From Polymyxa betae A26-41 (Eukaryota; Protista; Endomyxa: Phytomyxea), in NCBI GenBank assembly GCA_003693705.1, contig RBZT01000572.1:1-37335 (forward strand): 37,335 nucleotides of DNA. The letters run 5' to 3'. This document shows, piece by piece, positions 10,123 through 21,000 of the stretch; the first letter of the stretch is position 1; each line of letters begins with the position of its first letter. The notes under the pieces were generated by a model. That model searched no databases. It was not told where the DNA came from and was given only the letters and a program-made list of their open reading frames with translations. The translations under genes were made by a program, and so were the position numbers.

Positions 10123-13100
10123 CTAAATGAATTCTGTATTCAAGCTCCCATTTCCAGTCCGGTTATTCCGTGTGTCAATATTTGTAGAATATTTCCTGGA
10201 AAAGACTCTTATTTTATTATATATATAAACGGCCCTATATTCAGTATGTAATTTTTCCCAACAGGATTTGCGCTGTCGATGATGTGCTGACGAGCATATA
10301 TTCACATCGCATGTTCTACAAAAGGCGGTCGTCCTTCCATCGCACAGCACGCAACGTCTGCTGGAACCCGACGACATATCATGTGGCCATTCTGCCGATA
10401 CGGTCAAACGAACCAGAGCGTTTCCTGGCTTGTTATAGAAATCATCCTTTCGGTATTTAGGGACACTTAGAGCAGGTCCTCCTGTGGCAGACTGCTGACC
10501 GGACGACTGTGATAATGATGATCTGCGTCCAACGATTTCGTTGGAGCTGTTGTCCGAAAACCGTGACGAAGGAATCCATTCTTGAACCATTCTCGCAAGG
10601 AACTGAAGAAACGATTGTTCGTGGTTCAAGTGACTTTTCCATTTCTGATAACTGTCAAAGCTGTCGAGTTTGTGTTCATTCTCTAGAAGTCGGTAAAGAT
10701 GATGAGCATTGATGATAGCCGGCATGATGAATCGCAGGTAAATTTATCCGCGAGTTGTCAACGAACGGAAATCTACCTTAACGTTCTTAAGTTGCCTGGA
10801 AACGACATCCTGTCCGCCTTTCGTGTGATTCCACATCGAGACAACATAAGGAACAATTTCATGGCAAGGTGGCACGCTTTGAGATGTGGAACGACGTAAA
10901 CGTATCGCATTGGTCAACAACTTCCACAAATTTACTGTCGAGCTGTCCACGGCGTGGTGCAGAGCCTGACATGGAGCGTTGGCCAAAAAAGCTGGTTCGA
11001 GCATTGGTTGAACACGCGACGTGATCGAAGAAATGATGCCAGAATAATCGCTCAAATCACCAGTACTGAATTCGACTAGGGCGGCGTAAATAATTGCTTG
11101 ATCACTGGCAACGACAAAAAGGACACGAGCACATGTTGTGGTTGATGCGTGATGCAAGACCTGCCCGCGATAGTCATGCGTCCACACTAATGTTGAAAAC
11201 AGTTCAGAAGGTGCTTTCTGTGTGACATCGTGGCAACTGAGGCAAGATTTCACAAGTCTGTCATTCGCTTCTCGGACTGTGCTGACCGTAGTTGCAGTCT
11301 TGAGTTCCAGCACGCAGGCAAACTGTTGCCCAGCCTCTGCCCCACTGTTCCATTCCATCACGCAAATGCCATCCACAGAAGTCGCCATCGTTGGAACGTT
11401 CCGGTTACACAGAAGTCCTCTGTGCACGATCTCCTCGTTGACAATCACCAACCCAGGACAATGCAACTCGATCCAGGACGCCAACGCTCGCACAATGTTG
11501 GACTCGTTCGCACTGCCAACTTTGAGCGAGGAGTTCTTGAATGGTTTCAGGAACCACTTCTTCAACATTAAGGCGAACGTCTTCAATGACGGAGTCATAC
11601 AACGAATGCGACCGATCAAAGCTGATTTTGTGCCGTTGGTCTGAAGCACCAAGGTTGAGGCAAGCTCTTTCAATTGCGGAAGCGACATTTGGCTCAGTTG
11701 CTCTGCAGATAAGTCCGGACAATGTATTGTCGCAGAAGCTTCAGCGGACACAATTCGCATACCATTAAGCAACGTCATTTGCCCTTGCTCCAAGTATGAT
11801 TTGAAAGCGCGAACAGCTGCACAAGCTATTGCTGAGGTGATAAGGCAGCAGCCTGCTCTCATTAAGTGCCAATCAAATCCGCCTTGTGCATCAGTGAGTG
11901 CTAAAACGTTGACATCAATACTTTGTTGGATCCGCTCGTGCCCAGGAAGTGACATTGTAATCAAAGAAGGTTTCTTGGGAATATATATCCATAATGCAGC
12001 TTTTGGATTGCTGGCAATTAAAGTTGCAACATGTCCCCGACCACTTCTATAGGCAATCGCGAAGAGGTTCCTATCCCCATAACGTTTCCTAGCCATGTAA
12101 AGTGACATACATCCGATCTCGGACACCATCCTAGTAAGCCATTTGAGTGAACAAACTGCAAATGAGGCAATGATTACCGTCGCGCCCCGATATTGCTTTG
12201 AATGTCCCCGAAAACGAATGGAAACGATTTCATCCTTTTGTGGGTTCCAAGAATCTCGAAGCCGCATTTCAAGGGATACTCGATTAACGTTGGGCCGTTG
12301 TATCCACGGTCTAAGCATATCAAATTTTTGCCTTTGACCTTTTCAGGCAACTGCACTGAGTGTAGTTGCATAAGAAGCATACGCACAACATCTCCGAAGC
12401 TTTCTCCTCTACCAAGCAAACGCATACCAAGAAGCAACCCGGTCGTCAAAGATACTGCATTCGTGGATACTATTCCGAAAGCTTTTTTCGCATTGTTGAC
12501 CCTTGTAAACCCCATTGCCTCAGATAAGGCAGAGGTCAGCCGGTACTGACCGTCGTCAATCGATAAAATGGTGGTGGCAGGAATGAACGCCAGTTCACAT
12601 GCTGTTCTTGAAATCGCTAACTCTGTTCTTCTGACGAAAGTATCGCCTGAAAAAGGGCGATCCCACGTCACTGAATTGGATTCTAAGTGGTTCTTCCGTT
12701 TCAATGCATGCATAATTGTGTTGAACGAAGCTTGGTTGCAGTTCTCAGCATCTGGATACAGAAACGCGTATTGAGGATCAAAGAACATCGTTGGAGTGAC
12801 ACCATATATTGACAAGTAGATAAGAACTTTGATAAAGTCAGGAAGATCTCTGCCTGAACGGATTGCCCAACAGGAATCCCCTCCCGTAATGCATCACGCA
12901 ATTCAAAAACAATGCCATCCAAAAAATAATTGACGCAGTCACTCAAGTTGATGTGTTGACTGTTCATCACTCGTAGAGCATTGCTGCAGACAGCAAGGAT
13001 TTCCGTTTTCGCAGTTAACAGCAGTTCATGATCAGAATCGGTGGCAGATAAGCTGATAACATCCGGAAGTTCGATGCAATTCCATGCAGAATCCTTCTCG

Positions 13101-13195
13101 GTCTCAGAGGAATACCCCCAATCAACCTGTGCATCCCCAGCCGGGTCATCATTGAAAAAAGCGTCCAGGTCAGCCATAACGTAAGAAGCAGCCAA
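10123..13195 (-). pseudogene. piggyBac-like DDD transposase with inserted YqaJ/lambda-exonuclease and SAP domains, plus C-terminal Cys-rich domain (copy 1; 2 frameshifts, 1 stop)
   Basis: D1 LSIDD (~12555), D2 CLDRGY (~12310), GTHKR, D3 WNHTKGGQD (~10810), Cys-rich RRCVLC..TTAFCRTCDVNIC..CWEKLH. Between D2 and D3: AQGGFDW..R..ITS, SAP, GSANE, ATSVDG, ELK, YRGQVLHH. Confidence 0.85.
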
Positions 13196-13350
13196 CCCAC
13201 TTCAGTAATTGGGGGTACCCTAACGATCTACCCACGGTAAATTGGCCATGGCTAATAAATCTCATAAATATTATTTGTGCAAAATTTCAGTGTAATCAAT
13301 CTATTAGATTAGTCGTTATGATTGTCTAAAAACTAGGCTTTTTGCCTTGT

Positions 13351-13439
13351 GGCGGTATATATTATATACCGCCGGGGGGTTCGGTGATTTTTGGAAAATT
13401 GTGTGGCGGTATATTTTATATACCGCCGCTCGATCAGGG
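13351..13439 (-). repeat. Probable 5' terminus of the piggyBac-like element, with two 23-bp palindromes
   Basis: GGCGGTATAT-NNN-ATATACCGCC at 13351-13373 and 13405-13427, followed by GCTCGATCAGGG (CCC start on the minus strand, as in piggyBac). Confidence 0.65.
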
Positions 13440-13449
13440 CAAAGTGGCC

Positions 13450-14800
13450 CCGCAGGCGTCAAAGGTGGATTCATATGCTGAATAACATCGACGGGGTCAC
13501 CAACTTCGTCTCGTCATCACCGCTAGCTTTGCTGCAATCCTCCCAATCTTGGAGGTCAAATTTGCAATCATTATAGCTCAAGACCGTGCCGAAAGCAGAT
13601 GCTTCGTGTGAAGAAACAGCCGGAAGCGGAATCCTGCAAGATCACTGTTCTAGGTATGTCAATCATATGAATAAATCCTTTTGCGGAAATCGTTTCTTAA
13701 TAAGTCCATCATACATCTTCTGCAGAATAACCTCCATCTTAGCAACGTATCGTCTCCATTCATGTCACTAAGAGCAGTATAGCTGCCCGAGTGAAAAAGA
13801 AACAGCCACGAGCTTTTCGGAAACCGGCGAGCGTACGCATAGCCTAGAGTAGGAAACTTGTAAAGTAATAGCTGTCCAGCGCGCGATTGTTCCACCCTCC
13901 AAGTCATCGAATCAGCGCTTCAGATGCACCTGCCAATTCGGCAATTCGAGCACGAACTGCGGGCAGCATGGGTTTTAGCCTTTCTCGAAAGACCGATTTC
14001 TATAAAACACTGAATCAATATGCAGCTTGTGAGTTCTGTAATCGAGCGATTTTGTAGCGTCTTTGCCGCTCTTCCCAGTAAAGCAGCATGGCATGTTTGC
14101 ATTTTCGGCATGGAAACGCCAAAATAAGTCCAGACCAATAAATCCTAAAGTACATATTCGTACATCATTGGTCCTCAAGAAGGCTCCGAACCCCCCCTCA
14201 ACTGGATGTTCTTTCCCTAACGATGCACCAGTACAAGAGCATGGCATGTCCTGATTGGTTCGTTCTCAAATAAGACATAGTGCATATCAGAAAACTCCAA
14301 CTGCCTTAACAGTTTCACCACGAAGTAGAGCATAATGAGATATTGAAAAAGCAACCAGTTTTCGAAGGTTTTGTCCATAACCTCTGGGTCTCCGCCAAAA
14401 CACTTCCGCGATGCAAATTTTTTGTTCAGTCGCCGTATACCCGTTTACCAACCCCGCGATCGTCAAAATTGTCAGTTCGATTTTGCTGGGCTTGACATTC
14501 TGCATTTTCGGTAGCCTTTGTACATTGGGACCTCAAGGGTTTGGGTGTTACTACATCCGCATGGCTGTCTCTTGGCGCCACAAATCAACGATCGCGGCTG
14601 CGTAACCGAAAACGATGGATTTCTCAACATTCCTGAGAAGGCCATTAAAGACGTCCGTAAAACACAGAGAAAGTCTTCGAGTGACAGATTTTTGAGCTCA
14701 AAAAGTAAGGGAGGCCTTCTCTTGCTTCCAGTCATACTCAAAGATCTTCCAAACGTTTTTGACCCCACTAAAACGTCAGCGAAACCGATCCAAAAACTTT
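13450..14800 (-). pseudogene. Heavily degraded PIF/Harbinger-like transposase
   Basis: EDFLCVLRTSLMAFSGMLRNPSF (N-terminal helix pattern); LGYA; GLIKKRF near the C-terminus. Confidence 0.45.
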
Positions 14801-14849
14801 TGCTTTTGCAATTTTGTTTTATTGTATAGCGCCTAGAAAGGATGTTTCG

Positions 14850-15619
14850 CTATTCGAACCTGCTAGGGACCTTGTCATTGGATGTTCACCTAAAACTGAC
14901 GAACCGTTAGCTGGCCCCGATTCTGACCTCTCCCCACAGCCCAAACGATTGGAATTTACTACCCGGGCGGTGGTCGATTCCGTAACGACTAATGTGTTGC
15001 TGGCCGCTCTTGGACGCTTTTACGGGGATTGGTCGAATGGTATTAAGAAAGCCGGTACTCAAATCATCACCAAGGACATATGGCCCAAAGTGATTAAGCA
15101 TCCCATCAACGAGAGAAATTGATCGCATATGTAGATTTATGCTGAATATAAACGAGAGTACCCAACCTGCACAATCAGAGAGAAAGTGCTTAAGAATCAG
15201 ATCCGCACCGAAAAACTCGGTCTGAACACGAGCGACTCGGACAATCCTTCAGCTAAAATTTCTCTCCAGCCATCGGAAGTACTGGACATAATTAAAGCTG
15301 GAAATCCGAATTCCAAGTGTAGTTTGTTGGCGAAAAAAGAAATGATCATGGTCTTCTGAAGTCTAATAAGGGGAACTCGAATGCCTTGTCGCAGACTCAG
15401 TTGAAGAAGGTTCAAAAAACGACAGCCCAGACATTAGCTGAACAAGCAGAGCCGATTACGAGAATTAGCGAACACTATTGTGAATCACGCAAGTCGCAAG
15501 ACTTGCTAATCACACACCAGACGGACAGCGTTCAGCTGGAAAAGCAGAAGCAGGCGCTTTCCTTGAATCGCCTTACACAAGAGGAATATACTGCAAAAGC
15601 CAAATTCTTTTGTTTTTAA
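14850..15619 (+). pseudogene. Degenerate Myb/trihelix-like Harbinger accessory protein with coiled-coil tail
   Basis: LLAALGRFYGDW...KDIWPKV. A convergent Harbinger-like C-terminal tail (LFRIAAMLLNFLQRRR) lies on the minus strand at ~15670-15842. Confidence 0.4.
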
Positions 15620-15842
15620 ATCACACTACACCTTACCCACTTTTGTATTAAAATTCTACAAAGTTGTAATCATTAGTAATCATCATTCCAACGGTCGTCA
15701 GGTTCCACTGCTTCTTCGAGCTGCGCCGTCATATCCATTCGACGTCGCTGTAGAAAATTTAATAACATAGCAGCGATTCGAAACAAATGAGGAAACTTTT
15801 TTCGCGAGATGCTTCGAAAGTGTTCATCATCCGCTTCCATTT

Positions 15843-16223
15843 TGTTACGATCGAGTAAAAGGTCCCCTTTTATTGGTTAGATAAGCGGTGTGATGACTTT
15901 GGAGCAGAGGGTAAGACGCTGGGGACCGGTGTCCAGCAACGGAGCGACGTCAGGGAGTCCTCGGAGGCGGAGCGGCGGGGCACGGCGTGGAACGGAGAGA
16001 GGATCGCAGTGGAGCGGGAGAGCCGGAGCAGAGCGTAGGGTGCGGTACCGGTGAGACGGAGGCGGAGCGGAGACGATGGTCGGAGGGGAGTCGGAGGTGA
16101 GGCGAGGCGAGGGAACGAAGCGGTAGAGAGTCGGAGACGAGATGAGAAAACGTGTGAATTTTGGAGTTGATCGGAATCGTTGCATGGAGGCCGCTCCTCG
16201 CCATTCATAGTTGGGAGACGAGG
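15843..16223. mobile_element. LTR family B, copy 2 (truncated)
   Basis: Homologous to the other LTR-B copies up to ...GGGAGACGAGG; lacks the CATGACA end and a TSD. Confidence 0.75.
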
Positions 16224-16352
16224 AGCGTCTAGCTAAATACTGAGAATCGCCGAGCACAAAAACTGTTAGGATTTGTTATAATAAAACTGCGCCCCTTTCA
16301 AGATGCTGCGCTCCGCCAAGCTAACAGCTCGTGTCCTAATCGTGTTATCGGT

Positions 16353-16925
16353 TTATTCAAAGCGGCCGTGGTGAATATCTCGATCTGTCGCCGCATGGGC
16401 AGCGATCATTTCAGCTGCTGTTCTGCTATGCTGCTGAAGTGGATCGACCCGCACATGAAACTGGCAGCGAGCCGAATCGGCAGTGTGACCTGTAACGGTA
16501 TTGTTTCCATTTGAGGTACAGGTTGTGTATACAGGCAAACCACCTCTGGCCTGGTTATAGGAATGGTTATATTCGATCCTTTCTTCCAGACTCTGATCTC
16601 TTCGCTGAGATCCGCTCCTGGTGTTTCCCCATGGGGAACGTTACTGGGCTTGATAAGCTGCTCGCTGTCCACAGGCTTGAATATCGGCACTGTTAAATTC
16701 TGGAACCTTGACGGAATCATTAGGTTTCAGTAATGTTTTCAGCATTAGCAGATCTTGCTGTGATCTGTTGATGCATTCCTTCAACACCTCTGTTCCTCGA
16801 TCTTCGGAATTAGGTCTGGCCATGAAATCTTTCACTAAGGCAGCATTTTCTGAACTGCATCCCATATACTTTTTGGCAAGATCGTGGGCTGACGATATCG
16901 CGGGCCATGATTGTTCGATGGACAT
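16353..16925 (-). pseudogene. Unknown ORF with one in-frame stop and a degenerate zinc knuckle; possible MULE transposase C-terminus
   Basis: ORFs 16641-16925 and 16353-16538 share a frame; (Y)TTC...GH...SARCQFH. Confidence 0.3.
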
Positions 16926-17039
16926 GTGTGGCCCTCTCTTGTTGTTGCTGCTCTGTTAAAGCAACGCAAACAACTCTTTCAAAACTCGTTACTGCAGTTT
17001 AATTCTCGACGCTCCGACACCAGCGAAGTGTCCTCATAC

Positions 17040-17488
17040 TTTCTGATAATGCGCCAACGCAAGTGGATAAGGATTTAGAGCTGTCGCGTGTGCTGGCCCT
17101 ACCCTTGCCTCCGAATACGACGTCGCACATTCAGCCGATGGATGCTGGCATTCTTGCAGCCTTCAAAAAGAGTTATCAATCTTTTCACCTCTCTCATGCC
17201 ATCGATCGCGATGCTGCAGGTGACAAGGTTATTATTATGCTAGACATCATTAAGGAGATGCGGTGGTGCCGAGCAGCATGGAGTGTAGTGACAGCAGGCG
17301 TGTTGGCTAATGGCTGGCGCCATACTGGATTGCTGAAAGATGTCCTGCGGCCATCCCGCACTCCACTTTTTAGTGATGCTATCGGCGAAATGCTGTTGGA
17401 ACTTATCAAACAGCTGAACATTCGATCATCGATTACAGTCGAAGATTTGGCGGCCTGTGAATCTGAATTTGACGAGATACTGTGTTGA
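17040..17488 (+). pseudogene. pogo/Tigger (DDE_1, CENP-B-like) transposase fragment
   Basis: DNAP..; LPPNTTSHIQPMDAGILAAFKKSY; AAWSVV...NGWRHTG. Confidence 0.9.
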
Positions 17489-18583
17489 TTGAGGTGTTTT
17501 TTGAAGTTTCACATGAAAATTCAAACTGCTTTGAAGATGACCCGATTGTCGAGGGTCCTTCAGTGGATGAACAGATTCAGTTAGAGAAAATCACTCTGGG
17601 CCTTTTGTTGACGATCTAATTGAAAATGAAGATGCCATACGTCAAGTCCGCCGCATTTCGACGGACAATCAACAACGGAGCTTAAACAAAGCCGCATTCG
17701 TTCTTTTTAAAAAATACACATGACTTCGGTTGCTGTTGACCTTGAGACCCTGTTAGACATTTGGTTATGTTCCGACGGATTTAACAATTATGGAATATGA
17801 GGAACAGTTATCAGATAGGCTTCGGTAAAGAATTTTCTGATAGTAAAATGTTTCGCAATCGCATCAGCTCATCAGGAGAAAATGGAAAATCACCTTAAGC
17901 GGTACCCTTCACGCTCTGCTCGCACATGTTTTACTCAGTCCACAACCTGTAAAGACAGACAGACATTATTCTGCGTGATGGCACGAGGCTTTCCTAGATG
18001 ATGAAGGCAGCCTATTTTCTCATCACATCGGAAAGCATCCAAGCAGTTATTCCATGGGTCGCCATACGCTCCGGTTTGATTGCGCTGCAGGTTAGGGCAT
18101 GCAACTGCGGAGCAGAACTGGGTGAAATTAATAGGGGCTTTCCAGCAGCAGCTGGGTAGAATCTCACAAATAGAGAAATAATTCAAAAGACGGTTACCGG
18201 ATCGTGATGTTAAAGATATCCGTAAATTGGATCAAATTGCCGGCAGTCACCGGGAGTTTCGCCAAAACTGATGGTGGGTGCGCGAAAACTGCGGAGGGGC
18301 CTCCATACAAGTAAAACTGCCGGCGAAACTGAAAATACCATCGAAACCGCAGATGGCCAAGTTCCACCGGTAGTTTCGACACGGACAGCGTCAACCCTCG
18401 CCTCGATCCATCTCGTGCTGCTCTTCTACTGTTTTCTAGTTCCAATTCAAGCAAAATGGCATACTTCGATTTGCACTTCTTGCACCTGGAGAGCAGCTCC
18501 GACCCGGATCCCGTACCAGTTGCGAATGCGAACCGATCCCCAAGTCGGAAAAGTAAAGCTGGGAATGCTGCAGTTTACTGCTG

Positions 18584-19137
18584 TGTTAGGATCGAGTAAA
18601 AGGTCCCTTTATTGGTTAGATAAGCGGTGCGATGACTCGGGAGCGGAGGGTAGGACGCGGGGGACCGGTGTCCTGCAACTGGGCGAAGTCAGGGAGTCCT
18701 CGGAGGCGGAGCGGCGGGGCACGGAGTGGAGCGGAGAGAGGATCGGAGTGGAGCGGCGAGAGGATCGGAGTGGAGCGGAGAGAGGATCAGAGTGGAGCGG
18801 TGAGGGGATCGGAGTGGAGCGTAGGAAGAACGGAACGGTGCTGGTGAGCCGGAGGCGGAGCGGAGACGAAGGTCGGAGGGAAGTCGGAGGTGAGGCGAGG
18901 GGAGAGAACGAAGCAATAAAGAATCGGGACGGGATGAGAAACGCATGAATTTTGGAGTTGATCGGAATGGTTGCGTGGANNGGGGACCCGCGCAGTCCGT
19001 GATAATTAGGGCTCTTCCCCTATAGGAGTCGTCAGCAAGGGCGCAGCCCTCTGCGCAGCCCCTCAGGGAGGGCCAGTACGACTGCCTGGTGGTCGGCTGG
19101 ACGGCTGCGAGTACTGTCATGCTCAATGGGCATGACA
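18584..19137. mobile_element. Solo LTR family B, copy 3, directly upstream of the hAT transposase remnant
   Basis: TGTTAGGATCGAG...GGGCATGACA; flanks TGCTG/TGATG; NN at 18980-18981 replaces ~30 bp present in copy 1. Confidence 0.8.
18723..18821 (+). repeat. 22-bp tandem repeat x4.5 inside LTR B
   Basis: GGAGTGGAGCGGAGAGAGGATC units; only ~1.5 units in copy 1. Confidence 0.85.
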
Positions 19138-19966
19138 TGATGCCGAATGGCAGATACTGCAGCAAATATGTGATCGTTTCGAACGGTTCGAACAGGCCTC
19201 TAAATTGATGTCAGGAGCGAAGTATCCAACACTGTCCCTTGTCATGCCAGTATTTGTCGAGCTTTTTGCCGACATTGAAAGCCATGTTGAGAAGGCTGCA
19301 GATGAGGATCCGATGAAAAATGCGCAGACTGCTGCTCACAATGTTCTCTCAAAGTATAATTCATTTTTTGATGACTCAAATTTCTATCTCTTGGTCGGGC
19401 AGTTGGATCCTAGGCTTAAGCAGACTTACCTGGAGCAAAGTAATTCGAAATTTTTTACCCAGGACTTATCAAAAGCACTGTGACGTTGCTGAAAATGTTA
19501 GTTAATGACAAGATGATAAGGGATGGCAGCAATGAGCAGAGTACCGCTCCTAAGACGGCACCGCAACATCAAACTCTTTTGTTGAGCATGTTGTCCCATT
19601 GTGCCGCAGAAAACGATATCTAGGATGAGGTTGACAAATATCTTGGTTTACGATGTGAAGATCCAACAGTTGATCCTCTTGATTACTGGAAGTCTCACGA
19701 ACGACAGTTTCCAAATTCTAGTGCTGTCGCCAAAGACATCGTCCTTTCGTTACCGGGGTCTTCCGTTTCTGTTGAGTGTATCTTCAACACCGGAAGGGAT
19801 GTAATTGGACTTCGACGTCACTCTCAGGCCCCGGAGACTTTGAGTGTTTTGATGTTTGGAAAAAATGCCCTGCAATAACAGTCAATAAAGAGATCTTAGA
19901 TTTTACAGGAATCAGTGTTAGAACTGATTCGGGTACTACCCGAACCCGACCTCTATAGGAGCCCTA
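19138..19966 (+). mobile_element. hAT transposon 3' part: transposase C-terminus, dimerisation domain and right TIR
   Basis: AEWQIL..; SGAKYPTLSLVMP; LDPRLK; DEVDKYL...DPLDYWK..QFPN..VAKDI...SSVSVECIFNTG; ACCCG subterminal repeats; ends GGAGCCCTA. Confidence 0.9.
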
Positions 19967-20000
19967 GTTGAGGCTCTTGCGAATTTCCACGCTTCGCAGA

Positions 20001-21000
20001 CTAACTTTCATCATCCTCTACACATTCAAGATCAGCAAATTCGAGAATAGAATTCGCGCGAGCGTTCCAAATCTCTTCCACATATGAGGACCAGTGCTTA
20101 TTCTGCTGGATGAGCTTCTTAATCACATCCAGAGATTTGATTTCTTGTCGCTGGCAAATAGATATGAGATGCTGAGATATTTCAAACAAATTGAAGTTTT
20201 TCATATCATTCTTCATGAAAACATCCTGTTTGATTCGAGCGTTGTTTGATTCGGCACGCTGGGAGGAAACATGCCATCTGAGAAGAATCGTGCTATTTTC
20301 GTTGCACAAACTTCGTCATCATCATTCCTCAGTTTGGCGATGAATTTAGAAGCGTTGGAAAAGCTGCTGTATGTTTGCATGCATACGTAAAATGCTGAAG
20401 AGAGATCTCGTCAGTGGGGAGGACATTATTGATGACATTGCAGTTTCTGATGAATTGATTTCCAGTTGCACTGGCCATTACTGTTTTTGCTGACATCATT
20501 GATGTCGGGTAATGTTGACCACAAAGCATGTGATGTATAGGGCATTCTCGAGCCGTTATATTATAGGCTGAGGCTCCGTCAGTCAATAATGTGGCCCCTT
20601 CACGATCCAAAGTAAACGATTTTAGGCCACGGACGGCTGCGTTTGAATTCTCAGATTCAGCGAAGACGAATCCATTCATCACAGATTTGACTAAGCAGTC
20701 AACATTCGTGGCGACAATCAGCTTAAGGTCGTAGGCTGTAACCCGAATTGTGCCGTTAAGAATCGTGAAATCATTGTATGCCCCAGCATACTAAGCCATA
20801 GATGATCTTTGCAAAAGAACGTCATTGATCCGCATTGATTCGTCACAAAGGCATTCGAAAATCCCACCAGAGCTTGAAATTGATTTTCCGAGCTGCATGA
20901 AGCGGTTGATAGCATCTGAATCCGATCCAAACAAATATGACATTATACCATCTATGACCTGAATTTGATCCTGTTTTTTTGTCTTTCTTTTTGAGATCAA
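20001..21000 (-). pseudogene. Mutator-like (MULE) transposase remnant
   Basis: GFVFAESEN...LLTDGASAY...HHMLCGQH; SSQRAESNNARIK. Confidence 0.75.

Noticed and set aside
18723-18821. Repeat array considered as CRISPR
   Set aside because: Contiguous tandem units with no unique spacers and no cas genes.
18271-18948. 225-aa ORF with repetitive E/R/G-rich C-terminus
   Set aside because: Chance read-through into LTR B and its 22-bp repeat; low complexity.
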